DNA of 64,000 nucleotides, taken from NCBI RefSeq assembly GCF_009914755.1, contig NC_060936.1, one strand, 5' to 3'. Shown here in pieces: positions 46,771-64,000 of this stretch. A program made the translations under genes and the position numbers. This stretch comes from the human T2T-CHM13v2.0 reference genome, Homo sapiens. How positions within the stretch are numbered: position 1 is the first letter of the stretch; each line of letters opens with the position of its first letter. Below the pieces are notes generated by a model. That model was not told the origin of the DNA. It searched no databases and saw only the letters and a program-made list of their open reading frames with translations.

Positions 46771-47409
46771 ATATATATTCTTCCTTTTATTTTATTGTCC
46801 TATGCTCTTTCTTCTAGATTAATTTAACTATAATGAATGATAAAAATTGTGTTAAGAAACACTGTGAGAATACCTAAATCTCTGTGATCAGATTACTAAT
46901 AGAGATATATATGTTAAAGGCACTTCTGGTAAGGGTTTAGAAGGAAATAAATGGTGTGTTATTGGAATGTGAAGGAAAAAGCATCCTTGTTCTATAGTGG
47001 CAGAAAGTTTAGCAGAATTGTATCCTGCAGTTGTGTGGAAAGGAATCCTTAAAAATGATGGACTTGTATATTTAACTGAGGAAGTTTCCAAGTTTTGAAA
47101 TCTCTTGCTATTTATACTAAATGTGAGAGGAGAAAGGATAAGTTGAGGTAAGAAATATCAAATGAAAAGGAATCAGGAGTTGATTTCAAAAAATGTAATG
47201 TTATCAAATTAGAGTCAATGTAATTTAGCAGTTAAGGGGAATGGGCTTTGGGGTCAGAATGCTTAAATATTTACCCTCATTTTCAACTTATAACTATGAT
47301 TTAGGGCAATAAAAATCTTTTTTTGTGTGTTCATGTATTGATTTATAATGTGGCAATATAAATATTTTATGCTTAATTAAACTTTTGTAAAAATTAAAGG
47401 CATAGTGAT

Positions 47410-49845
47410 ATCAGGAACATGGAATAGGAAGCTCCTAACTCCCCCTCCACCCATGGATTCACCAAGTAAACATCTGTTCACACATCAGTTCCCTTTGAGT
47501 GAAAGTCTGAGACCAGTTGAGAGACTCCTATCCACTGGGAAACTGAGAAAACATTTACATTGAAGAGGTAGGAAAAACCAAGGCATACATGGACACAGAC
47601 CCAGCTATAAGCACTGCACCATAAAATTGGGAATGAAACACCCAACATTCAGCTTCTCCCTGTGGAGAAGAGGGTCTGGACCCCAGTAGAGGGTCTTAAT
47701 CCTAAGTTTCCCCTTGGTTTAACTTTTGAGTCATCAACTATGGGAATGGAGGATATCAGACACAAATGTGTCTCTCTAGACAGTAAAGAATAAAGTGGCA
47801 GTTTTATATGGGTGCACAAGCACTTTTAGATACTGCATCTACCTGGGAGCATTGCAGGAAATAACCTTAAAAAACAGTCCTTTGTTTCTCCCTGGAAACA
47901 TCTCGAAAGGCTGCGTAGCCGTTGGATTTCTGCCTAACTTGCATTGGAGAATTAAAAAGATAGTCAATTCTTAGCCCATTTTCCAACCCTGGAGAAATTT
48001 GCACTAACACTTGATATAGTTTGGCTTTGTGTCCCCACCCAAATCTCATGTTGAATTGTAATCCTGAATGTTGGAGGAGGGACCTGGTGGGAGGTGACTG
48101 GATCATGGGAGCAGATTTTCCCCTCGGTGTTCTCATGATAGTGAGTGAGTTCTCATGAGATCTGGTTGTTTAAAAGTCTGCAGCACCTCCCACTTCTTGC
48201 TTCCTCCCTCTTCAGCCATGTAAGACATGTCTGCTTCCCCTTTGCTTTCTACCATGATTGTAAGTTTCCTGAGGCCTCCTCAGCCATGCTTTCTATACAG
48301 TTTGTGAAACTGTGAGTGAATTAAACCTCTTTTCTTTATAAATTACCCAGTCAGGTAGTTCTTGATAGCAATGCAAGAATAGACTAATACATACTGAAAC
48401 GTCAAACTATCACTTCACTTAGGGACTGCATCCTAAATCTCCTGGATCTGAGAGCAGAAAGGACTGGCATGTACATATCTCTCTACACTGCAGAAAAAAG
48501 TGGTATTTCAGATACATACCAGTTTTAGATTATCTGTATTGCTCCAGATAAAATCCCTTGAGGCTTATGCAAGCAACTTCAGGGATTTTATCTCCCTGGA
48601 GCAATAAGGAGAATCTAAATCTCCTGGCTCTGGGAACAGAAAGGACTGGCATACATACGTCTGTCTACACTGCAGAAAAAAAGTGGCATTTCAGACAGGC
48701 ATGCAAGCACCTCCAGGGAGTTTATCTCACTGGAGCAATACAGAAAAGGGGCTTAAAAAGATGCTCTCTCTGTGTTTTCCCAGAAGAAATAGAGGTCACA
48801 CATAGAGAACAAAAAGTTCTAACTCTACTTCCCAAGAACTCCACCCTAAACCTAGTAGTTCTGGAAGCAGAAGAGATTAGGCATATGCAAGTCTCCCTTG
48901 ATCACAGAACTGAGAGGTGATACTAAATGGGTATCCAAACACTTCCAGATGCACCATTCCCTTGGTACAGTGCAGAAAAGGGGCAGGAATATGCCACTCT
49001 CACATTCTTTCAATAAGGAGCATATAACACACACTCCCAGTGGCTACCTGATGGCCTGGTTTCTAATGAACTTATATTGAGAAGCTAACAGGACAAAGAA
49101 ACAACAAGCTTTTGGTTGCCAAAGCAAGAGCGAGGTACTTTCTGAGACCTCTTCTCAGCTTACTCCAGAGATAAATCCAGGCCTATTCATTCTTTCTGGA
49201 AGAAATTTAGCTATGTATCAAATGCCACAACTTCCATAGCTCCCACCTAAGGAACTGTCTCCTTAGAGACCTAGCTTTGAAATCAAGGGGGCTTTGTGAA
49301 TCTGAGTGACCCAAGACCACAGAAAACAAACATGTAGACATATAGTAGGACCATTTCCAGAAGCTCTCTGTCTAGGATAAGAAAATGTAGCCTGCATGTG
49401 AGAACAGGCATTTGCTGCAGATCCCCTTCCTAGTTTAGTGCAGAGAGACTACAAGATAAATGCCCACCATCATCTTCACCATGAAAATAGAAAGAACTAG
49501 AATACATATCAAAAACCTCAACCTTTTCAGCTTCATCCTAAGAGCTTAGCTCTTATACTGATAACAGAGTACTGACAAAATGTGACATGCCCTAAGCTCC
49601 AGAGGGCCACCAAAAACCAAGATAGCAATCTGGACAAACACACAGATTTTGGAGGCATCTTAAAATCTTTGGCCAGTTGAATTGGCCAAAACCTTCTCAT
49701 ACACAAGACCAGTCTAACAAGATGAAGAGAGGTAATCTTATCTAATTTGCAGAAACCAAAAGAGGGAATCAAGGAAAATAAAGAAAGAGGGGATTATATT
49801 CCAGACAAAAGTACAAGTAACCATCCAGAAACAGAAACAAATACA
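47410..49845 (+). mobile_element. Old L1 (L1M2/L1MA-type) 5'UTR with internal repeats and ORF1 start
   Basis: Repeated ctaaatctcctgg...aaggactggcat units; ORF1-start-like sequence at ~49780-49835. Confidence 0.6.
48012..48391 (+). mobile_element. MSTA solo LTR
   Basis: tgatatagtttgg...cccacccaaatctcatgttgaattgtaatcc...gactaataca. Confidence 0.9.
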
Positions 49846-52800
49846 AAGAACTAGAAAAGCAATAGCAAACCAAACTAAAAATAAGGCAAAGAAAAGGAAT
49901 AATAAAGATCAGATCATAAATAAATAAAATTGAAACAAAATAATACTAAATATCAACAAAACAAAACTTTTTTTTGAAAAGTTAAACAAATTTGACAAAC
50001 CTTTAACCAGACTAAGAAAAAAAGAGAGAAGACACAAATAAATAAAAACAGAGATAAAAAAGTAGCTATTACAACTGATAGCACAAAAATTCAAGGGCTC
50101 ATCAGTGGCTACTCTGAGGAACTATATGCCAATATGTTGGAAAATCTAGTAGAAACAGATAAAGCACTAGATACATACAACCTACCAACATTGAGCCATG
50201 AAGAAATCCGGAACCTAAACAGATCAATAACAAGTAACAGGATTGAAGCTGTAACAAAAAGTCTCCCAGCAAAGAAAAGCCTGGTGCCTGATGACTTCAT
50301 TGCTGAATTCTACCAAACATTTAAAGAAGCAATATTCCCAACCCTATTCAAACTATTCTGAAAAATAGAGGAGGAGTGAATACTTCCAAACTTTTGCTAC
50401 AAAACCAGTGTGATCCAGACAAAGCCAGACGGCTGAATGGATTAAAACCATTCAATTGCCAAAACCAGACAAAGACACAGCAAAAAATAAAACTACAGGC
50501 CAATATCTCCAACAAAAATTGATGCAAATATCCTCAGTAAAATACTAGCAAACCAAATTCAACTATAAAGATACTATTCATCGTGAATAAGTGGGATTTA
50601 TCCCAGGGATGCAAGGATGATTCAACATACACAAATCAGTCAATGTTATACAGAATGAAGAACAAAAAGCATATGATCATTTCAATTGATGCTGAATAAG
50701 CATTTGATACAATTTAACATCTCTGCATGACAAAAACCCTAAAAAATGGGTATAGAAGGAACGTCCCTCAGTATAATAAAAGCCATATACGACAGACCCA
50801 TAATTAGTATCATACTGAATGGAGAAAAGCTGAAAGTCTTTCCTCCAAGATCTGGAGCATGACAAGGATGCCCACTGTCTCCACCATTATTTGACACAGT
50901 ACTAGAAGTCCTAGAGCAATCAGTCAAGAAAAGATATAAACAGCATCCAAATTGAAAAGGAAGAAGTCAAATTATCATTGTTTACAGATGATGTGATCTT
51001 ACATTTGAAAAAACTTAAAGACTCCTTCAAAAAGTATTACAAACAATAAAGAAGTTTGGTGAAGTTACAAGATACAAAAATCAACATATAAAAATCAGTT
51101 AGCATTTTAACATACCAATAACAAATAGTCTGAAAAAGAAATCAAGAAAGTAATCCCACTTATAGTAGCTACAATTAAAATATAATACCTAGGAATTAAC
51201 CAAATAGGTGAAAGATCTCTACAATGAAATGATGAAACATTGATGCAAGAAACTGAAGAGGACACAAAAAAATGGAAAGATATTCTACTTTCGGGAATTG
51301 AAAGATTTAATATTGTTAAAATTTCCATACTACCCAAAGCAATCTACAGATTGAATGCAATCCCTATAATTCCAATGACATTCTTCAAAAAAATTTAAAA
51401 AATCCTAAAATTTTTATGGAACCACAAAATTCTCAGTGTGGGCAAACCTATCCTAATCAAAAAGAACAAAACTGAAGGAACATTACCCGACTTCAATTTA
51501 TACTACAAAGCTATAGTAACCAAAAGAGCATGGTTCTGGCATAAAAACAGACAAATAGACCAACGGAACACAATAGAGCACCCAGAAATAAATCTATGCA
51601 TCTCAGTGAACTCACTTTAAACAAAGATACCAAGAACATACATTGGGAAAAGGACAGCCTCTTCAATAAATGATGCTGGGAAAACTAGATATCCACATGT
51701 AGAAGAATGAAATAGACCCCTATCTCACATCGCATACAAAATCAAATCAAAATGGATGAAAAGCTTTAATCTAAGACCTCAAGCTATGAAACTACTACAA
51801 GAAAACATTGGGGAAACTCCCCAGGACATTGGAGTGGGCAACCAAAACAAAAATGGAAAAATGTGGTCAATCACATTAAGTATCTTATGCACAGCAAAGG
51901 ATACAATCAAAAAAGTGAAGATACAACCCACAGAATGGGGAAATATTTGCAAACTGCCCATCTGACAAGAGGTTAATAACCAGAATATATAAGGGGCTCA
52001 AACAACTCTATAGAAAGAAAATCTAATAATTTGATTAAGAAATAGGCAGAAGATCTGAATAGACATTTCTGGAAAGAAGACATACAAATGACCAACAGAT
52101 ATGTGAAAAGGTGCTCAACATCTCTGATCATCAGAAAAATGCAAAATAAATCTGCAGTGAGATATTTAATCTCACTCCACTTAAAGTGGTTCACATTCAA
52201 AAGACAGGCAATAACAAATGCTGATGAGGATATGGAGAAAAGGTGACCCTCCTACATTGTTGGTGGGAATATAAATTAGTACAATTGCTATGGAGAACAT
52301 TTTGGGGGTCCCTCAAACTACTAAAAATAGATCTAGCATATGATTCAACAATTTTTCTCCTAGGTACATATCCAAAAGAAAGGAAATCAGTATATCAAAA
52401 AGATATTTGCACTTCCATGTTTATTGCAGCACTATACACAATAGCAAAAACTTGGAAGCAACCTAAGTGTCCATCAATAGATGAATGAATAAAGAAAACG
52501 TGGTACATACACACAATGGAGTACTATTCAGTCATAGAAAAGAATGAGATCCTGTCATTTGCAACAACATGGATGGAACTGGAGGTCAGTAGGTTAAACG
52601 AAATAAGCCAGGCACAGGAAGACAAACCTTGCATGTTCCCACTTATTTGTGGGAGCTAAAAATGAATACAACTGAACTCATAGAGATAGAGAGTAGAAGG
52701 ATGGCTACCAGGGGCTGGGAAGCATAGTGGACTGGAAAAGAAGTGGAGATGGTTTATGGGTTCAAAAAATAGTTTAAAATAAGGAATGAGAACTAGTATT

Positions 52801-53037
52801 TGCTAGCACAGCAGGGTGACTAAACTAAGAAATAATTTAATTTTATGTTTAAAAATAACTAAAGGAGTATAACTGGATTGTTTGTAATACTAAGAATAAA
52901 TGTTGGAGGTGATGGTTACTCCATTTACCCTGGTGTGATTATTACACATTGCATGCCTGTATCAAAATATCTCATATATTCCATAAATATGTATACTTAC
53001 TACTTACCCACAAAAATTAAAAACTAAAAAAAAAAAA
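49846..53037 (+). mobile_element. 5'-truncated L1MA (ORF2 after EN to 3' end)
   Basis: ORF2 fragments (ENLVETDKALDTYNLP, CTSMFIAAL), L1MA 3'UTR, A tail at ~53037. Confidence 0.88.
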
Positions 53038-53269
53038 TAGTAAGGTAATTGAACACCCCACTTTCAATAATGGAGAGACCACCTAGACATAAAATCGAAA
53101 AAGAATCAGTGGAGTTAAACTACATTCTAGACCAAATGGCCCTAACTGACACTTTTAGAGCATTACATCCAACAGCCACACAATAAATATTCTTCTCATC
53201 AGCACATGAAACATTCTCCAGGATAGACCACAGGAAAGTCTGGAACAAATTTTTAAAAATCTCAATCAT

Positions 53270-53559
53270 GGCTGGGCACGGTGGCTCATGCCTGTAATCC
53301 CAGCGCTTTGGGAGGCCGAGGTGAGTGGATCACGAGGTCAGGAGTTCAAGACCAGCCTGGCCAAGATGGTGAAACCCCGTCTCTACTAAAAATATAAAAA
53401 AATTAGCCAGGCATGGTGGCGGGCGCCTGAAATTCCAGCTACTCGGGAGGCTGAGGCAGAGAATTGCTTGAACCCTGGAGGCAGAGGTTGCAGTCAGCTG
53501 AGATGGCGCCACTGCACTCCAGCCTGGGCTACAGAGAGAGACTCCATCTCAAAAACAAA
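53270..53559 (+). mobile_element. Alu (AluSg-like)
   Basis: 15-bp TSD aaaaatctcaatcat (53255-53269, 53560-53574) at a tttt/aaaa EN site. Confidence 0.95.
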
Positions 53560-56500
53560 AAAAATCTCAATCATATGAAGCATATTTTATGACCACAATG
53601 GAATAGAATTAGAAATCAATAACAAGAGAAACTTTGGGAACTTACATGAAAATTAAACAACCCTCCCCCTAACAACCAATAGGACAATGAAGAAATTTAA
53701 TAGAAAGTTTAAAATTGTATTGAAACAAATAAAAATGGAAACACAACAAAACTAAAACCTATGACATACAGCAAAAGCAGTACTAAGAGGGGAGTTTACA
53801 CTAATAAATGCCTACATCAAAAAAGTAAAATGATTATAAATAATAAACCTAATAATGCACCTCAAGGATTAAGAAAAGCAAGAACAACCAATTCCAAATT
53901 TAGTATAAGAAAAGCAAGAAAAAAAATCCCAAATTTATTATAAGAAAAGAAATAATAAAAATCAGCATAGAAATAAATAAAATTGAAACTAAAAACCGAA
54001 TTCAAGAGATTAACAAAACAAAAATTTGTTTTTTGGAAAAGATAAACAAAATTGACAAACCTTTAGCCACAGTAACAAAGAAAAAGATAGATGATCCAAT
54101 TAAATATATTCAAACGGGAGAGATTACAACTGGTATCACAGAACTATAAAAGATCATTAGAGATTACTATGAACAACCATATGTCAACAAATTCAAAATA
54201 TTTGAAGAAATGGGTAAATCTCTGGACATATACAATCCACCAAAATTGAACTATAAATAAATAGGAATCCTCAAAAGAAAAATAAGAAGCAATGACATTG
54301 AATCAGTAATAAAACCTCTCCTAAAAAAGAAAAGTCCAGGGCCAGATGGTCTCACTGCTGAAATGTACCAAACTTTTATGAAGAACTAATACCAATTATT
54401 TTCCAAATATTCAAAAAATGGAAGGGGAGGGAATTCTTTCAATTCTACAGGGCCATCATTACCTTGATACCAAAAACACAACACAAAAAGAAAACTATAG
54501 GACAATATCCCTGATGAATATAGATGCAAAAATCCTGAATAAAATACTAGTAAGAAAACTTGAGCAGCACGTCATAGAGATTATACACCGTGATCAAGTG
54601 AAATTTATCACAGGCATGCAAAGATGGTTCAATATATGTAAATCAATAAATGTGATACATCACATCAACAGAATGAAAGTCAAAAACCATAAGATCATCT
54701 CAATAAATACAAAAAGCATTTGATAAAGTCAACATCTCTTTATGATAAAAGCTCTCAGTAAATTAAGTAAAAAGAAATTCACCTCAATACAATAAAGGCC
54801 ATATACATCAAGCCCATAGCTACCATCATACTGAAAAAGTTGAAAGTTTTTTTCTAAGATCTGGAAAAAGGGAAGGATGCCTACTTTCACCACTTTTATT
54901 TAGCATAGTATGGGAACTAGCCAGAATAATTAGGGAAGAGAAAGAAATAAAAGACATCCAAATGGGAAAGGAATAAGTCAAATTGTTCCCATTTACACAT
55001 GACATGACCATGTAGTTAGAAAAGCCTAAGGACTATACTCGAAAAAAAAATTACTGTTGGAACTGACAAATAAATTTAGTAAAGTTGCAGAATACAAAAT
55101 CAATGTTCAAAAATCAGTAGCACATATATACAAAAGGTGAGCATTCTGAAAAAAAATCAAGAAAGCAATTTAATTTATAAGAGCTCAGATGAAATAAAAT
55201 ACCTAGAAATAAATTCAACCAAAGAGGTAAAAGATATCTACAATAAAAACTATAAAACACAGATGAAAAAATTGAAGAGGACAAAAAAGTTAGAAAGATA
55301 TCTCATGTACATGGATAAGAAAAATTAATATTGTTAAAATGTTCACACTATCCAATATGATCTACAGATTCAATAAAACTCTTATAGAAATATCAATGAC
55401 ATTCTACACAGAAATAGAAAAACCAATGCTAAAATTTGTATGGCAAAGATCCTGAGGAGCTAAAGTGATTCTGAGCAAAATGAACACAGCCAACTGGAAG
55501 CATCATGCCACCTGATTTTAAAATATACCACAAAACTATAGTAACCAAAAAAGTATTGTACCAACAGACACATAGACCAATAGAACAGAATAGAGAACTG
55601 AGAAATAAATCCACATATTTACAGGCAACCAATATTCAGCAAAGGCACTTAGAACATACATTGGAGAAAGACTAGTCTCTTCAATAAATGGTGCTGGGAA
55701 AACCATATGTAGAAGAATAAAACTAGACCCTTATCTCTCAATATATACAAACATCAACTCTAAACAGATTTAAGACTTAAATGAAAAACCTGAAACTACA
55801 AAACTACTAGGAAAACACATAGGGGAAATGTTTATGAACATTAATCTAGGCAAAGATTTTCTGGATAAAACTACAAAGGCACAGGCAACAAAAGCAAAAC
55901 ATAGGCAACAAAAGCAAAAACTGGATTATATCAAACTAAATATTTTCTGCATAGCAAAGGAAACAATCAACAGAATGAAGCAAGAACCTACAGAAAGAGA
56001 CAATATTTGCAAATTATATATCCAACAAGGGATTAATATCCAGGATATGTAAGGAACTCAACACAATAGAAAAAAATAATCTGATTAAAAATGTGCAAGA
56101 ATTCTGAATAGACACATCTCAAAAGGAGACATCCAAATGGCCAGCAAGTATATGAAAAATAATCAATATCACTAATCATTAGGGGAATATAAATCAAAAC
56201 CACAAGATATCATCTCACCCCAGTTAAATTGGTTATAAACAAAAAAACCAAAACATAGCACATGCTGATGAGGATGCAGAGAAAGAGGAACTCTTATATA
56301 CTGTTGGTAAAAATGTATATTAGTACAGACATTATGGAAAATAATATGGAGGTTTCTCAAGTAACTAAAAATATAAATACCATATGGTCCAGCAGTCGTA
56401 CTACTGGGTATGTATCCTAAGGAAAGATCAGTATGTCAATGAAATATTTGCACTCCCAAGTTTATCACAGTACTATTATAATAGCCATAATATGGAATCA

Positions 56501-56614
56501 AACCTGTCCATGAGCAGATAAGTGGATAAAATGTAGTATATATACACAACGAAATATTTAGCCATAAAATAATAAAATTCTGTCATTTGTAGCAATGTGG
56601 ATGAGCCTGGAGGA

Positions 56615-56615
<1 letters not shown>

Positions 56616-56657
<42 letters not shown>
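56616..56657. repeat. (ATT)n microsatellite
   Basis: ~14 perfect units. Confidence 0.95.
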
Positions 56658-56724
56658 TTTGAGACAGAGTCTCACCCTGTTGCCCACGCTGGAGTGCAAT
56701 GGCGCAATCTCGGCTCACTCCAAC
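56622..56724 (-). mobile_element. Severely 5'-truncated Alu with (TAA)n tail
   Basis: ~65 bp of Alu 3' end; 16-bp TSD cctggaggacattatt (56606-56621, 56725-56740). Confidence 0.9.
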
Positions 56725-58329
56725 CCTGGAGGACATTATTTTAAGTGAAATGAGCCAGGCATGGAAAGACAAATACTGCATGCTCTCATTCACATGTGGG
56801 AGCTAAAACAGTTGATCTCATAGAAGTAGAGAATAGAAAACTTCTTACCAAAGCCTTGGAAGGGTAGGGGTAGAGGGGAATAGGGAGACGTTGGTTAACA
56901 AGCACAGAATTAGTTAGAAGTAAGTTCTAGTGTTCTGTAACACAGCAGGTTGACTATAGTTTTCAAGAATTTATGTATATTTCAAAACAGCTAGATAAGA
57001 GGATTTTAAATTTTCTCAATACAAAGAAATAATAAATGTTTGAGGGGATGCATATGCCAATTAGTCTGATTTGATTATTATACATTATATCCATGTATCA
57101 TAATTTCACATGCACCCATTAAATATAATTGTTTTCTGTCAAATAAAAAATAAGAGTAAACAAATAAAAATATTTAGAATGCATCTTGAATATATACATT
57201 TAATGTTTATTATCAAATAAATATTATCAAGAATGTCTTTATTAAGAGTTTTGAAGAACTGGCGCTTATCTGCTATATTCATCTATTTTGGAAGGTATAG
57301 TGTTCTTTTCCATGAGACCAGAACTGGATTACTAGGGGATAATAAACCTAATGTTTAATATCTGCAATATGCTTGAACACTATAGTAGATGCTTTACAAT
57401 AATTATTATAATCAAATTTTTCCTGTGAGATAAGAATATTCACCATTTTGCTAAAAGGGAATGATATGGTAATTATCTTGCTTAAGATCATATATCTAGA
57501 GAATGAATCAATGGATATTCAAGACATTTTATTTGAAGTTTCTCCTATATACACTTACCTGTCTTGTCTGATTGTTGATGGTTTTATTGTTTATAATAAA
57601 TTATTAAAGGAGAAATTATATTGTAATTATGTGTTGAATTGCTTATTTAATGCTGTCTGAGAGACAGAAATACTATGGCAAGAAGATAAGAATATTCTGA
57701 TATTTTAAAAGGCATGTACACAATTCTCATAAAATCACTGTTCAACATAGATTTTCAAAGCCTATATGAAAACACCTCAAAAGTTCAGGCATTTAAAAAA
57801 ATATTGTTTTTAAAGTAATATTTTGGCTACTATTTTAATTACTCAAGTGATTTGACTTCTAAACAGTAACTTCCAGATGAATTGAAAAGCTTAGCCTGGT
57901 TGCTAAAAAGATATATAACCTTCTTTAAAGCGTAGGAATGCTATTTTATACACCTTTAGTGTCTACATACCTTTAGTGCATACACACCACCTTTGGATAA
58001 ATTTAACTTGTTTTTGCCATTCCTGAAGGTTTGATGTCCTCTGGATTAATTCATACGTTTAAGTTCTGAAACTGAAGTCTATGAACCAAGCCCTAGACCA
58101 ATGTGAGATCACATTTGACTTTCTTCATGAAACACTAAATGGCCTCTCTTACTGACACTTCTTTATTCTTTATTTCCTTAAAATGAGCTTCATTAAATGA
58201 GACTTATGAACAATATAATCTTTTTTTAGACAGGAGTCTATGTCTATTTTACTCATCAAATCCACCACCTCACATAGTGTCTACCACTTCATGGGTGAAC
58301 CAAAATATCTATAGAAAAATAACTATCGA

Positions 58330-58987
58330 TTTTTTTTTTTACTTTATACACTTTTTTAAAATTATATTTTAAGTTCTAGGGTACCTGTGCACAACATGCA
58401 AGTTTGTTACATATGTATACATGTGCCATGTTGTTGTGCTGCACCCATTAACTCATCATTTACATTGGGTATATCTCCTAATGCTTTTCCTCCCCCCTCC
58501 CCCCACCCCACAACAGGCCCCAGTGTGTGATGTTCGCCTTCCTGTGTCCAAGTGTTCTCACTGTTCAATTCCCAACTATAAGTGAGAACATGCGGTGTTT
58601 GGTTTTTTGTTCTTGTGATAGTTTGCTGAGAATGATGGTTTCCAGCTTCATCCACATCCCTACAAAGGACATGAACTCATCCTTTTTTATGGCTGCATAG
58701 TATCCCATAGTGTAAATGTGCCACATTTTCTTAATCCAGTTTATCACTGATGGACATTTGGGTTGGTCCCAGGTCTTTGCTATTGTGAATAGTGCGGCAA
58801 TAAACGTATGTGTGCATATGCCTTTATAACAGCATGATTTATAATCCTTTGGGTATATAGCCAGTAATGGGATGGCTGGGTCAAATGGTATTTCTAGTTC
58901 TAGATCCCTGAGGAATTGCCACACTGTCTTCCACAATGGTTGAACTAGTTTACACTCCCACCAATAGTGTAAAAGTACTCCTATTTC
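58330..58987 (-). mobile_element. L1PA 3' fragment (~650 bp) abutting the next L1
   Basis: Poly-T at 58330; ORF2 C-terminus ([16 protein letters not shown]...) at 58565-58987. Confidence 0.92.
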
Positions 58988-63971
<4,984 letters not shown>

Positions 63972-64000
63972 GAAAATTCTTGATTGCAAAGTAATACAAA

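Larger units (their letters stand above)
53036..57170 (+). mobile_element. L1MA ORF2 (from EN) to 3' end, with two nested Alus
   Basis: ORF2 fragments ([20 protein letters not shown]) and L1MA 3'UTR with A-rich end. Confidence 0.85.

Noticed and set aside
48433-48910. Spaced repeats as a CRISPR-like array
   Set aside because: Mammalian L1 5'UTR repeats: long, diverged, irregular, with no cas genes.
55879-55920. Short tandem duplications (20 bp here; also ~25681-25743 and ~57950-57994)
   Set aside because: Ordinary slippage with no evidence of function.

Overview
Primate, most likely human, AT-rich and L1-dense DNA from an olfactory receptor (OR) cluster; no intact protein-coding gene was found. 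There are two OR pseudogenes: an OR9-family gene (+, 7418-~8345) and an OR10-family gene (-, 43384-42429). From family resemblance and my recollection of gene order they are tentatively OR9R1P and OR10U1P at 12q13.2; this is not verified. Three young full-length or near full-length L1s of successive subfamilies are present: L1PA4-like (-, 29-6167), L1PA2-like (-, ~10152-16196) and L1PA3-like (+, 58988-~63971, with a ~1.19 kb internal deletion). The rest is older L1M/L1PA fragments, a twin-primed 5'-inverted L1, Alus, THE1/MSTA/ERV1 LTRs, two MADE1 MITEs, a hAT MITE and microsatellites. I see no convincing new multi-gene system. The most unusual structure is a ~370-bp copy of nearby genomic DNA with 23-bp terminal inverted repeats, inserted inside a TSD-flanked L1 3' fragment (37244-37611; donor 38318-38662). 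Also notable: the three L1s span the ZNF93-escape deletion, an L1 antisense promoter/splice donor points at an OR acceptor, and compensating frameshifts create a 304-codon ORF in the OR10 pseudogene. Subfamily names were assigned by eye from remembered consensus features.
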